Shown piece by piece: positions 51,556-63,678 of a stretch of 64,000 nt of DNA. Positions within the stretch are counted from its first letter, which is position 1. Each line of letters starts with the position of its first letter. The notes under the pieces were generated by a model, which worked only from the letters and a program-made list of their open reading frames with translations, did no database searches and was not told the origin of the DNA. The position numbers were made by a program, and so were the translations under genes. The stretch is from contig JADIIX010000010.1 of assembly GCA_027604505.1 (NCBI GenBank), forward strand, positions 1-64,000, in the 5' to 3' direction. This DNA comes from Gonapodya sp. JEL0774 (Eukaryota).

Positions 51556-52186
51556 TTCATTGCGTAGCCACATTTCAAAACACAATTGCAGCATATGTTT
51601 TAGAGCACACTCATTTCCCACCCATGTGTTCAACCGTAGGACTAGGCTTTGGTTCTTATGTAGAAAACCTATATCATAGTTTCAGGAGAACGGAAATGTC
51701 GTTTATTTGTTGCAGCGGCAAATGTATGGATGGATTCGTTCAACAAATACAGTAACCTCTTCTCGTCGATCGAATTCGCGATCAAACTATTTGGTGTTCG
51801 CAAGGAACCGAGAACTGTGTCGCAGAGATTTTCAAAAGTGCATTTTCAATTCTCTTGTGTACTTTTAAGCCTGGTCGCCAAGTGTACAATTGTTGGGGAA
51901 CGGTGAGGGGGCTTGCTGTTGCGTTTTGGATATCACCTTTTGTTACCACCTTTGCGCAAGTCATTGAGAAGGGGAATGTCCACACTAGAATTTTGTGTCC
52001 GTCTTACCTCTGTACTCACCAGATCATTCAAATAGCACGGCATGGGAGATGAAAATATACGATGAAACTCCAAGTACTTTATTCATCAACTGTTGTGTAT
52101 GCTGCAAGTTTCTCGACAAGGGCTGTGCAATATGCAAGGCACTACTATGAACTTCTAGGGTCCTTCTACATAATGATATATCCCGT

Positions 52187-52881
52187 TCAGACAAGGGTTG
52201 CGAACACTCCTGTATTGTACGATTAATGGTCAACAAGAGTTCTCTGGAATCTATTCAAGAAAGAAACTCACCGGCGACGGTAACTGCAACCGCTCCCAGA
52301 ATTCCGCCACGGACAGACGAAGCTCCGCCAATCTTCGCGTTGTAGGCGTTGCATACATTGGCGAAGTTGGTAAACTGTACTGCAACTGGGCTGGAAGAAA
52401 AGTTGGAGCATTGGGAGGCGGGTGTTGCGGCATCGTACTGCGCAGCGAAGTCAGTGTCGTTGGCGGCTAACTTGGTGCAAGTGGTGTTAAGTGCAGTCAG
52501 AGCAGTCTGGAGATCAGCTGCGGATAAACCACCAGCTGCGGCGGCGATGGTGAAGCAGGAGGTGAAGAGAGGCTTCTGAACCGCCGTGCAGGTAGCGAGA
52601 GGGAAGAACTTCGAACAAGGAGAAGTCTGGACAGCGGTGGCTCCGGCGACGAAGTTGGTGCAAGAGCTACAGTCCAGCTTTCCAGTGGTCTGGCGCTTGG
52701 AAAGCGAGTCTTTGGACGAGTAGATGGGAGAAGTTGACCACGGATGAAAAGGCGGATGATAATGAGTGAAAGGCGGGAGAAATGTCAGAAAGTCTTGCTC
52801 ATATTTGAAGTACTCACTGGCTTGAGCCACGACAGACAAGATTGCGAGGAAGGCGGCAACGATGGCGAAAGCGCGAGCCAT
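52187..52881 (-). CDS. Small secreted 8-Cys, probably GPI-anchored protein, copy 1
   Basis: Signal peptide MARAFAIVAAFLAILSVVAQA, intron 52817-52710, LSKRQ dibasic site, 8 Cys, a second intron, then C-terminus GGASSVRGGILGAVAVTVAGVFATLV*. Confidence 0.88.
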
Positions 52882-53552
52882 TGTTTGAAGTGATGTTTGA
52901 AATGGAATGGTTTAAGAGGGAAGTGGATGGGAATGCGTTGGTGGACCAAGCAGTGATGGAGGCCATTTTATGTTGGGAAGTGTTGTTCTGTTCCATTTTA
53001 CCCGATTTTTCCGGACCCAGTGAGAACTGATCAGGCACTGGCTGCGGTGCCTTGAACCCCCTGGAATGAGCGGCAGACGGACGGACAGCAGCGGGGGCAG
53101 CGGCTGCGACCAAACGAACAGACCCTGAGCGCATCACCCGGGAACGGACTATAAGATCCAGAAGGGGACAGGAAGGAAAGACGGATAGACGGTGGGAGCG
53201 CAATGCTGGTGGAGAGTGCGAATGGCTGCTACATCGAAAGAGGGTTGGGGGGGGGGGGGGACCCTGGCGAACCTCACTGCCAAGCCCTCTCTCCCACCAC
53301 AAATGCACATTTTGGGTCAGAAACACAGGAATATTTGATATAACAAGCGAAACCCCCCGAAAACTTGTACATATCATAAGCCATAATCGATCGCCGACCC
53401 GAAAGGTGACTTTGTTTCACTCTTTTGGGTTCAATACGATGTTTTTTACTCAAAAAAGGAGCAAATAGTGTAAGAGGCTCATCAAAATACCACAATAGTT
53501 ACATCATTCGGTGATTGACGAATGTGCCTTTGTGGGGTGATGGATTGCCCAG

Positions 53553-55888
53553 AACCTCCCCCTCATCTTGGCCAAACCTCCGGCATGACACGGCGACCAG
53601 GTTGAACAAAACTTGGCACTTGGACTTGGACTTGGCAAAACTCAGAACTCTTTTGGCGGAGTGACGATATATTCTTTTAGAACATTTTGCTATTTGCATT
53701 CCGAAATACGTTTGTTTGTGTGGTTGGTTATGCCGTCGGCAGTACGCAGTCGAGTGCCTCGGATACTTCGACTGTAGAGAACTCGGGACCTTTGAGTACT
53801 CTTTGTGCATTTAAAAGTGCTACTTTGAACTCTGTGTTGTAAAAGAGACTTCATTGGAGGGAGTCAAGTCTCTGGTTGCATCTCCATCGTTCCTGGAATA
53901 GTCCTCCGCTACCTTTCGATGCTCGATCTATCACCCATTCTCAAACCGATCTTGCGCTCGCTTTCGTGTGGCACCGGGGTCCTGTCATAGGCCGTAGCGG
54001 CAACCATGTCTAAATGTTCTTCCTTTCTTTCCCCCACCATCGTCGGTACTGAGGTGTCGGAACATAACGAGAACTACATCAACGGAAGTCTAAACCTTCC
54101 CTTCTGAAATATCTGTGTGGATTTCCTCTATGTTACTTTTTCTGGTATTTGAGCCGTCATGGTTTCTCGCCCGCTCATATATATGTACTCATGAACACCA
54201 CCGCAAACGATTGATTTCGGAATAGAAGTGGGGATTTTATACGAAGAAATATACTGTCGCTCCAGATAAAAGTTCCAAGTCTAAGTCCTCTTTCAAGTTC
54301 GCCAAGTCCATGTGCCAAGTTTTGTCCAACCCGCCGCTGCCGCTACACGTGGATAATTAGCGCCGTCGCTTATCATGACACCTCTGTTACCGATTTGCGT
54401 CCCTCATCTGTGAATTCTTCGCTCGGAGCCCTCATGCTTGTTTCCGCAGTTTCAACCAGAACACGGGCTGCTCTCTGCGTGGGGTAAAATTGTGTTGATT
54501 TCGACAAAAGTGCATCCACGTCCATAGACATCCACGCGTCAGCCTCGGGGATACGTACAAGTTCAGTGGTTTGCTGCCTTGGAAGCCCGCCTCGTGTACA
54601 TATCTCACTAAACAACATATTCTCCTGAACTTTTTCCCACCTTCTCCATTTCGATCCTGTTCCTCGATATAATACGAGTTGCTGTTGGCGCAATCGGACC
54701 TGTAACGGCTCCTTTGGTCTCGGGAGCGGTCTGTGAAGACGGGTACCGAACACACTTCATTCTGCTCCAACGGCTGGCCGTCAAAGCAATTCTGTAAAAA
54801 TGAATGAAACTTCTTGGAGTTGTCTGACTGCTTCGGGCGCCTGGGATAACTGGTTTAACCAGAGAATGGGGTGTGGGGTTTCGAGTGGATGATTACTTGC
54901 TTCTGACAAAGAGACCCAAGAAATTCTATGCGAGTGTCAAAAATAACGTTAACGAAGTGGATGATACCCTCTGTAAAGATATCCAGCGGTCGTGGCTTTG
55001 AGGACGATGATTGCTTGTAATGACTGCGAACTCTCGCAGAGGTGATGCAGCCGTGAACCAAACCACCACAAATATGAACAATAATTCTTAAGGATTCAGC
55101 CAAGTGATGATGCTGGTCTAACACACCACGGGCCGTTGGGATGATAATGGAACTATTTGTGTTATTCGCGTCAAACCGCGAGCTTTCCGCTTGCAGCCTG
55201 ACATAGGGCATCGACCAGGCTGATGTACAGCTCTTCCATAATCTCTTGGTGAGATGATCTTGTCTCTCTGGCAAGAATTCAGAATTCTCTCTGTGAGAGC
55301 CGTGAGAGCCAACTGAGGTGTCAGGCTGTCAGTCGGCAGCACAGAATCAAATTACCCGATTCGGATGTCGCGCCGGATTATTACGACTCATGTGACAGCT
55401 TTCGTGTGATTTGCGCCACGCAAAATGTCGAAATGAGTGCAGGAAGATCTTACTTGACGGTTGAGTCGATGTCGTGCACGGGAGTTCTGTTCGCCCATTC
55501 TCCTCCTTCTCCCTGCCAGTTTATCTTCGGCGGACATCATTCGTCTTCGTCCCAAGCGTATCGTTCTTATGACTTCTCCGTTCTTTGCGGCTCGTACCTC
55601 GCATCAAGTTGTCGGGGAGACCGACTGAAACATGTGAACATGGCAATAAAGAATGGTCTGCGACGCACTATAAAGTGGCACAACATCGAAAAATAGCGCA
55701 ATGACGTCGAATTCGGTGCTTGAACTCATGCATGTAACGGTTTTAAGAGACAATGCTGGGCAGAGAGCACAGAAGAATCCCCTTTCGATGAAAACGTTAC
55801 AGGTAAGCCCATGGAAGCCACCAACGGCATATTGCTCCACGAAGATGCATTTCTTGGTTACAGTATACGCGTGCACCGAAATTGATAC
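53553..55888. mobile_element. ~2.3 kb insertion flanked by 6-bp direct repeats GCCCAG, containing decayed ORF fragments
   Basis: GCCCAG at 53547-53552 and 55889-55894. The sequences on either side are contiguous (empty site) in the paralogous spacer near 57645. No transposase recognised. Confidence 0.45.
53600..54331. mobile_element. MITE-like ~730 bp element bounded by 30-bp inverted repeats
   Basis: GGTTGAACAAAACTTGGCACTTGGACTTGG (53600-53629) versus the reverse complement of 54302-54331 is 28/30 identical, with internal GACTTG-type sub-repeats at both ends. No TSD seen. Confidence 0.55.
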
Positions 55889-56481
55889 GCCCAGTAATCT
55901 GCTAGCGCAGTGTTTACAGTAAGAAGTCGTTTGATCATGGGTGAGTCCCGTGTCAAATCATCCCGAACACAACTCAGGAGCCCTGAGCAATCAGAGAAAC
56001 AGGATCACCTGCCCTCTGTCGGTACTGTGACGAGAGGGTGAGATGTTCAGGCGGCCGCCACTCCTGAATCCAGAGCGAGCCCACCCGCCGTGACAGAGGC
56101 CGAGATGGAGGAAGGAGGCGGACACGAGAGGAAGCCAGTCGGCGGGTGGTCGGTGCCGGTCCCACGTCACGCCACGTTCAGGCCGGGACTCGAACACAAA
56201 CCTGACCTAGAAATCGCCTCTCGTTATCACTTTTCAGTGCGCAAGTCGTAGAGAAGGGGGAGCATCAGTACTAGATTCTTGTGATCTTACATCTGTAGTC
56301 ACGAGATCATTCACACATCTGCAGTACAGGATTCCCGATGAAAACACGGACCGTAAATGAGGATATTTAGAAATAACTGTACTACAGTTGTCGATCAACC
56401 ACTGTGTATGCAGCAATGTTTTTCGACCGGGGCGAAACAACGTGCAATTGCAAGCGCTAACAACCTATGCTGAAACCCCGT

Positions 56482-57182
56482 TCAGACAAGAGTTGCGAAC
56501 ACTCCTATAGATGATTCATGGTCAAAAGAGTCGTCCAGAAACTGTTCAAGAAAGTAACTCACCGGCAACGGTAACTGCAACCGCTCCCAGAATTCCGCCA
56601 CGGACAGACGAAGCTCCGCCAATCTTCGCGTTGTAGGCGTTGCATACAGTAGCGAAGTTGGTGAACTGCACTGCGACTGGGCTGGAAGCGAAGTTGGAGC
56701 ATTGGGAGGCGGGTGTTGCGGCATCGTACTGCGCAGCGAAGTCAGTGTCGTTGGCCGCCAACTTGGTGCAAGCGGTGTCCAGCCCATCCAGAGCAGTCTT
56801 GAGATCAGCTGCAGACAAACCACCAGCCGCGGCGGCGATGGTGAAGCAGGAGGTGAAGAGAGGCTTCTGCACCGCTGTGCAGGTAGCGAGAGGGAAGAAC
56901 TTCGAACAAGGAGAAGTCTGGACAGCGGTGGCTCCGGCGACGAATTTCGTGCAAGAGGTACAGTCCAGCTTAGCGCTGGCCTGGCGCTTGGAAAGCGGGT
57001 CTTTGGACGAGTAGATGGGAGAAGTTGACGATGGATGAAAAGGCGGTAGGACGAGATTGATAATGAGTGAAAGGCGGCAGAAATGTCAGAAAGGCCTGCT
57101 CATATGTGAAATACTCACTGGCTTGAGCAACGACAGACAAGATTGCGAGGAAGGCGACAACGATGGCGAAAGTGCGAGCCAT
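56482..57182 (-). CDS. Small secreted 8-Cys, probably GPI-anchored protein, copy 2
   Basis: Same three-exon structure as copy 1: MARTFAIVVAFLAILSVVAQA...KRQASAKLDCTSC...GVFATLV*. Confidence 0.88.
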
Positions 57183-58424
57183 TGTGTGAAGTTATGTTTG
57201 AAATGGAATGGATTGAGAGGGAAGTGGATGGGAATGAGTTGGTGACAAAAGGTGTTATGCAGGCCATTTTAAATGAATATCGGGAACTGTTTTTCTGTTC
57301 TATTATTTTACCGATTTTTTTTAGGGAACAGATGCAACAGAACTGGTCAAGCACGTCACACACGGCACCAGGCTCCGCCGCCCGCCGTTGCCTTGAACCC
57401 TTTGGAAGGAGAAGACAGTGGCGGGCTATGACCAAACCCATAGTGCACCACCCGGGAACTCGCGAAGATCCAGAAGAGGAAGGATAGACGGATAGACAGT
57501 GGGAGCGCAATGCTGGTGGAGAGTGCGAAGGGCTGATCTGGAAGAAGGACGGGGCGAACCTCACTGCCGTCCCCCACAAATGCACATTTTGACAAGACTC
57601 ACCTATGATCAAACGGCCTCAAAACACTGCTGCAGCGGATTACTATAATTCATCACCCACAAAAATTTCTGTTTGTGTCAATCTCATAGAATGATATATT
57701 ATTGTGGCATTTTGATACACTATTTGCTCATTTTTTGAGTCAAACACGTTGTATTCAATCACAACAGAGATATTTATTAGTCACCGCTCGGAGTAGGCGC
57801 TCGATTATTGTTTATGGTACGTCAAGTGCTGTGTTCCCCTTCGCGGGTTTTCGCTTGTAATAATAGCAAAATAATTCCTTTGTTTCTGATCGTCAAATCG
57901 TCCCGAAACAACAACAAAAGAGCCCTGAGTAATCAGAGAAACAGGAAAACCTGCCCTCCGTCGGTGCTGTGACGAGAGGGTGAGATAGTCAGGTGGTCCC
58001 CACTCCTGAATCCAGGCCGAGCACACCTGCTGTGACGAGAGGGCGAGATGTTGGAGGAAGGAGGCGGACAAGAGAGGAAGCCAGTCGACGAGTGTATGTG
58101 TGGCCTGTCCCACGTCACGCCCGTTCAGGCCGGGACTCCACAAACCTGGGCTAGAAATGCTTCTCGTAACCACTTTTCAGTGCGCAAGTCGTAGAGAAGG
58201 GGAGCACCAGTGCTAGAATTTTGTGATCTTACATCTATAGTCATGAGATCATTCACATTTGTAGCACAGGATTCCAGATGAAAACACGGACCGGAAATGA
58301 AAATATTTAAAAATAACCGAACTACAGTTCTTGATCAACCATTTTGTAATATGCAGCAATTTTTTCGACCGGGGCGAAACTACGTGCAATGGCAAGGCAC
58401 TAACTGCTTATGCCGAGACTCCAT

Positions 58425-59125
58425 TCAAACAAGAGTTGCGAACACTCCTACAGATGATTCATGGTCAAAAGAGTCGTCCAGAAACTGTTCAAGAAAGTAA
58501 CTCACCGGCAACGGTAACTGCAACCGCTCCCAGAATTCCGCCACGGACAGACGAAGCTCCGCCAATCTTCGCGTTGTAGGCGTTGCATACAGTAGCAAAG
58601 TTAGTGAACTGCACTGCGACTGGGCTGGTAGCGAAGTTGGAGCATTGCGCAGCGGGTGTTGCGGCATCGTACTGCGCAGCGAAGTCAGTGTCGTTGGCCG
58701 CTAACTTGGTGCAAGCGGTGTCCAGCCCATCCAGAGCAGTCTTGAGATCAGCTGCAGACAAACCACCAGCCGCGGCGGCGATGGTGAAGCAGGAGGTGAA
58801 GAGAGGCTTCTGCACCGCTGTGCAGGTAGCGAGAGGGAAGAACTTCGAACAAGGAGAAGTCTGGACAGCGGTGGCTCCGGCGACGAATTTCGTGCAAGAG
58901 GTACAGTCCAGCTTAGCGCTGGCCTGGCGCTTGGAAAGCGGGTCTTTGGACGAGTAGATGGGAGAAGTTGACGATGGATGAAAAGGCGGTAGGACGGGAT
59001 TGATAATGAGTGAAAGGCGGCAGAAATGTCAGAAAGGCCTGCTCATATGTGAAATACTCACTGGCTTGAGCAACGACAGACAAGATTGCGAGGAAGGCGA
59101 CAACGATGGCGAAAGTGCGAGCCAT
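58425..59125 (-). CDS. Small secreted 8-Cys, probably GPI-anchored protein, copy 3
   Basis: Same structure. Differs from copy 2 at PAAQC/PASQC and NFATS/NFASS. Confidence 0.88.
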
Positions 59126-60390
59126 TGTGTGAAGTGATGTTTGAAATGGAATGGATTCAGAGGGAAGTGTATGGGTATGAGTTCGATGAAGAAAGCTTGA
59201 TGTATGTAAACCATTTTATATGGAATTGGGGAACTGTTTTTAAGTTTTGTTGTTCCCGGTTTCTGGGAACGGATAAGGGAACTGAGGCTACGGCGGCGGC
59301 ATCCGCTGGTACCCGCCGCCAAAACAGGTGGAAACACGAAGCAAAAGATATCTCGAGTGGCAAACATGGACTACACTGCGACAAAAAGGTCGCAATAGCG
59401 TTCGGGAACAAGTTATATTGAGATGACACTCTGTCTTGAAAATCTTGGTGGCGACCCGGACCTCATTATGGGGCTGTGTAATCTCGCCGTTGGATGTGTG
59501 AGAACCTGGATGTGAACGAATAAATAAAAAACTGTTCACACGCCATCCGCTGATTGTTATCAGAAATGACGTGCGAAACGCTTCGAAGTAGAGTACTTAC
59601 AGAACGACCGCGTTCACGTTTTGCGCGAGGGAGGTTCAGCACACGACGATTTTCGCTTTTTATTTGGACAAGCGCACTCTATTCACGTGCTTGAAACCTC
59701 AAGGCCCCGCGAGCGTCAAGCAGCGTAATTTGGGTGGTGTTCGTGAAATATTTTAGATACTTCCTTGCTCCACCACGTTCCCTAGCCAGTTGATTGTACA
59801 TTGTAAGCGTTAGCAGAACTTCATTCCGGCTAAGATGCTACCGTTCATTGGGGTTGCCATTCGCGCATCCAACTTCATTTCCGTGTTCGTTGCAATGGAA
59901 ATATAATGGTATGCAATTGGAAAGAGAAGGAGAACGAGTTGGAGTGACCCAAGGTGGAGGCAGAGTGCCTTTCGACACCAACGAGTACATAGAGGCGACG
60001 GATCACGGATAAGCATGGTGATCGTTCACGCATCGTGGATGCAGAAATGAATACAAATACCCATCCCCTACCCGACTTCAGTCTCCTCTAATCGGTCAGA
60101 AAAGGGCCGTCGACCCCGGTGGGGGAAGCACATACTATCGAAAGTAGTACCGCGAAATTGCCGAGGAACCGTGAACCACCAAAAACCAGGCAAGGCGACC
60201 TTCTATCGTCCATCCCGCGTCCGTGTCTCACAATAAATCCTATTTCGATGGGTTTGCAATCAGCTCCCCTCTTCAACTGGGCAGGGCCAAAATTCGCGAA
60301 AACACCGGCGACCCAAAGTAGCTGTGGTGGGCATCAATCAAAAAGAAGCAGTGCAACCATTCTCTAAGTAGACCGGGAGAAGTTGCGAGG

Positions 60391-63300
60391 ATGGCGGAGT
60401 TCGTCGGTCTACGAGTTCGGGTTTCCGTAAAAGGAGGAAGTGTGGTAGAAGGGCGAGTGACGGGGGTGGACGCAGATACGCAGACTCTGCACATCGCCAA
60501 CGGTGAGTGATTCGATGTTGACGGTGGGCGCTTGGTTGCATGGAGACTCAGGATGTGCGAATTCCAAAGGAGGAGATGGGTTATTGACGATTGGGCATGC
60601 ACACCTCAAAGCAGGGTTGGAACGTGGGGACTCATGGGTATGACAATGACGAATTAAGCGATATCTTTCTATCAGGGCGCATGCGAGGACCAAATGTCAG
60701 TCGGCCACTAGGTGCACAACGTGTACCGATTTGCAGTTGTCGTTTCGCTCCGACGATGACAATCTCCAATCTCCACTCTGCCTGTTTATTTCCCGACCCA
60801 GCCCTCTCTACTCCCGTCCATGGCCACACCCCGCGCGTTGTGGCCTCGGTGGTGCTTCCTGCTGATCAAATAATGGACCTCACGCTTATGCCCGAATCTT
60901 GCGTCCGGCCTTCCTCTCAGTCTGCTGCCGGCGAATCTTCGAGGCAATTCCGTCCCTCACAGCACCCTCATCACGTCCTCCCTGCACAGGAGGAAGATGA
61001 AGTCTTCGACTTCCATACCATGGAAGCAACAGCGATTGCTCGCTCTGGACAAACGACACCCCATTCTCCCCTTGCGGCTGCCGTCGCGCCTGGCCGGACC
61101 GTTCCTCCACCGTCAGGTACGTCGAGAGACAAGAATCCCCCAAATAAATCTGCCCCAATGGCCCACCAATCCAACCCCGTTGGTGTACCAATAAACACAG
61201 AACGGAGGGGGAAACTCGTTCCCGAGTCTGGTACACGCAATTCTGATGCCACTGCGACTGCCTCTTCACTCAAGCAACCGGTTGCTGGTGTAAAAGTCGA
61301 TTCTGCTAAGCGTCTTCCTCTAAATACACCGAAGCAAGTTTCAGCAGCAGCTTATTCTCCGCTGCTCCCCGCCTCTATCCCTCCTCCTCCTCCTAATTTT
61401 GCGGGTGCTCCTAAGCGAAATACGCCTCCATCGCAGCGAATCTTTAGTTCAAGCAAGTCGCCTGCCAACGATTCTCCCCTTGAATCAGCGAATGCCCGAT
61501 TCGGTAATGTAAAGCACCAGCCCCTCGCCCCACCTCAGATACCGGCTGTCGCAAACTCTCCTTCTCGACAAACCCCCCGCGCCCCTCGAGGAACCCGTCC
61601 TCGCTCGACCTCCCAGAACTATCTCTCTGATGGATACGGGGAGCACTTACCCCCTATTGAGGACATTGCCGCCCGTGGTGGGACACGGTCCAAGGCCCGA
61701 CACCATTCCGGTGCTGGTGTACCTTCTTCGCCTTCTCGTTCTAGGACCGGGGCCACAGGGATGCCAAGCGTGCCGTTATCTTTCGACAATCGTACCGGCC
61801 CCCAGTCTGTGCACAATTGGTCTTCGGCCGACGTTTCATCGTACCACTCACAGGAGTTTGACTTCGCTGCAAATCTCGCCTTGTTTGATAAGCCACGCGT
61901 GATGCGTGAAGTTGCTGAAATGGACCACACTCGACGAGAGGATAGACTGGTGTATGGCAACACGATGGGCGAAGGATGGTGGGAAGCCGAGCATGGTGCA
62001 GGTGTCCGACTTGCAAAAGTTGGCGTGAGAGAATTCGTGCTAAGTGAGGCGGAACGTCAAGAGGCGGAAGCGAGCGTTGCAAGCATCGGCGGCGGCGTTG
62101 GAAGGTCTGGTGAAGAACTGGTATCGGATGTTGAGCTTGAGCATCCACATGAAGGAGGCGGTGGTGGTGGTGATACTGAAGGGGAGATGGCCGATGGGGA
62201 GGCGGAACCGGATGATGACGACGGAGAAATTGGCGGTGCATCCGAGTTAGAAGTCGGTCCGAGTGGTATATATCGTGATGTGGGGGGTGACGCGACTGGT
62301 GTTGATGGTTTCGGACTTGAAGAAGATAGTGAACTGGACGACCATCACTTGTTGGAATCTTCCGCCACTGCTTCCCATCGACCAGGCCGTCATGCCTTCT
62401 CATCCACAGATCATACTCAAGCGGCCCTCGGCTTGCTCTCTGCAGTCCGGTCTTCTGGGTCACCAACACTCTCTCCCTCAGTAGCACAGATCACCCGCCC
62501 TGTTCTTGTTTCGACGATAACACGTGTGCAGGTACCCTGCGTGACACCCAAGGAGAGAAATGAGCTGGAGAAGGTGTGCGTTGAGGAGATGGGCGTTTCG
62601 GAGGAAGCGATGGTGGAGAACGGAGGGAGAGGTGTGGCTATGGTGGGCTTGCAAGTTTTGGGTGTCAACGGAGCGAAGGGTGCAAGTGTGGGCGCCACTG
62701 TGGTTTTGGTGAGTAGGTCGACTTCAAGGCGCTGGAGCGTGTTGGTTATTTTTGCTGTCTTTACATTTTTACTATCCTCATCATTGCGCCTAACCAATGC
62801 GTCAGGCCGGTAATCATCGCGCTGCTGCTCATGCTGTATGTGCAGCGAGGCACATGTGTAACCAGGAAAAGAATGTAATGGTGTTCGTGGTTGGGAGGGA
62901 GGACGAGATGGTGCCGGTGAGTCTTCTAGTCGACTTTTCGGTGCTACGGATGCGTCTTCTGGTGTAACGGAACAGCCATTATACTTTCTTGAACCTCAAT
63001 GTTTAGCCCGTCTCACTGCAACTCCGTTCCTATCTTGCCACCCTCAACCCGCTTACTCGGCACAAATCCGACCTTCCTGTCCGCCCCGCCTTAATAATCG
63101 ACGCACTCCTTCCCAGCAGTGCCTCGGAACTCCGCAAAGTCCGAACTGAGGACCGTGTGCTATGTATGGAGGTGGTGGAGTGGGCGAAATCGCAACAAGA
63201 GTTGGGTGCGTGTTTGGTGTGTTTGGAATGTCCAAGCGGGATGGAGGGAGAAACCGGTGGGTGGCTATTATACACTTTGATCAATGAGAAGAGGTATACA

Positions 63301-63678
63301 GCTTCTCGCAAATTCTTGTTCTGGACAGGTTTGTCGTCGTCGCCTTCTTTCCCTTCCATCATTCCCCGCTATACCCTTGCTCTTGGGCTCCCTCTTACAG
63401 CTTTATCACGCGCTGCGGTTGGTTTGTTAGGTGACGTCCTAGTAGTTTACCTGGGAGTTCCTGTGATAGCAGTTGGAAAAGTCGCCAGAGGATCGTGGGC
63501 AAATCCATTTGGGGGAAAGTTTGTTGCCGGGATGGAGAGGGTGGCAAGTGAAGTCGGGGTGACAGGAACTGGTAAGGAGGGTCCGCAAGAGAAGGACAGA
63601 CAACGAGTGACGGCAGAATCGCGCGGAGCGAAGAGGAGGGGTAAGAAGGGAGAGAAGAGTGCAAGTGTGGATATGTGA
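60391..63678 (+). CDS. EDC3: Enhancer of mRNA decapping 3 (Lsm + FDF + YjeF_N)
   Basis: Lsm start MAEFVGLRVRVSVKGGSVVEGRVTGVDADTQTLHIAN, FDF motif QEFDFAANLALFDK...EDRLV, and YjeF_N segments MGVSEEAMVENGGRGVA, AARHM, LIIDALL, LECPSG and YTLALGLP. Confidence 0.9.

Larger units (their letters stand above)
55958..59170. repeat. Tandem duplication with period ~1.94 kb (55958-57230 vs 57898-59170)
   Basis: The stop codons of copies 2 and 3 are 1943 bp apart. Gene bodies are almost identical and the 3' flanks are clearly homologous. Confidence 0.92.

Noticed and set aside
52710..52817. Stop-free 108-nt first intron of copy 1 read as coding by the ORF track
   Set aside because: The homologous introns in copies 2 and 3 are 118 nt (frame-breaking) with the same splice sites, so it is an intron.
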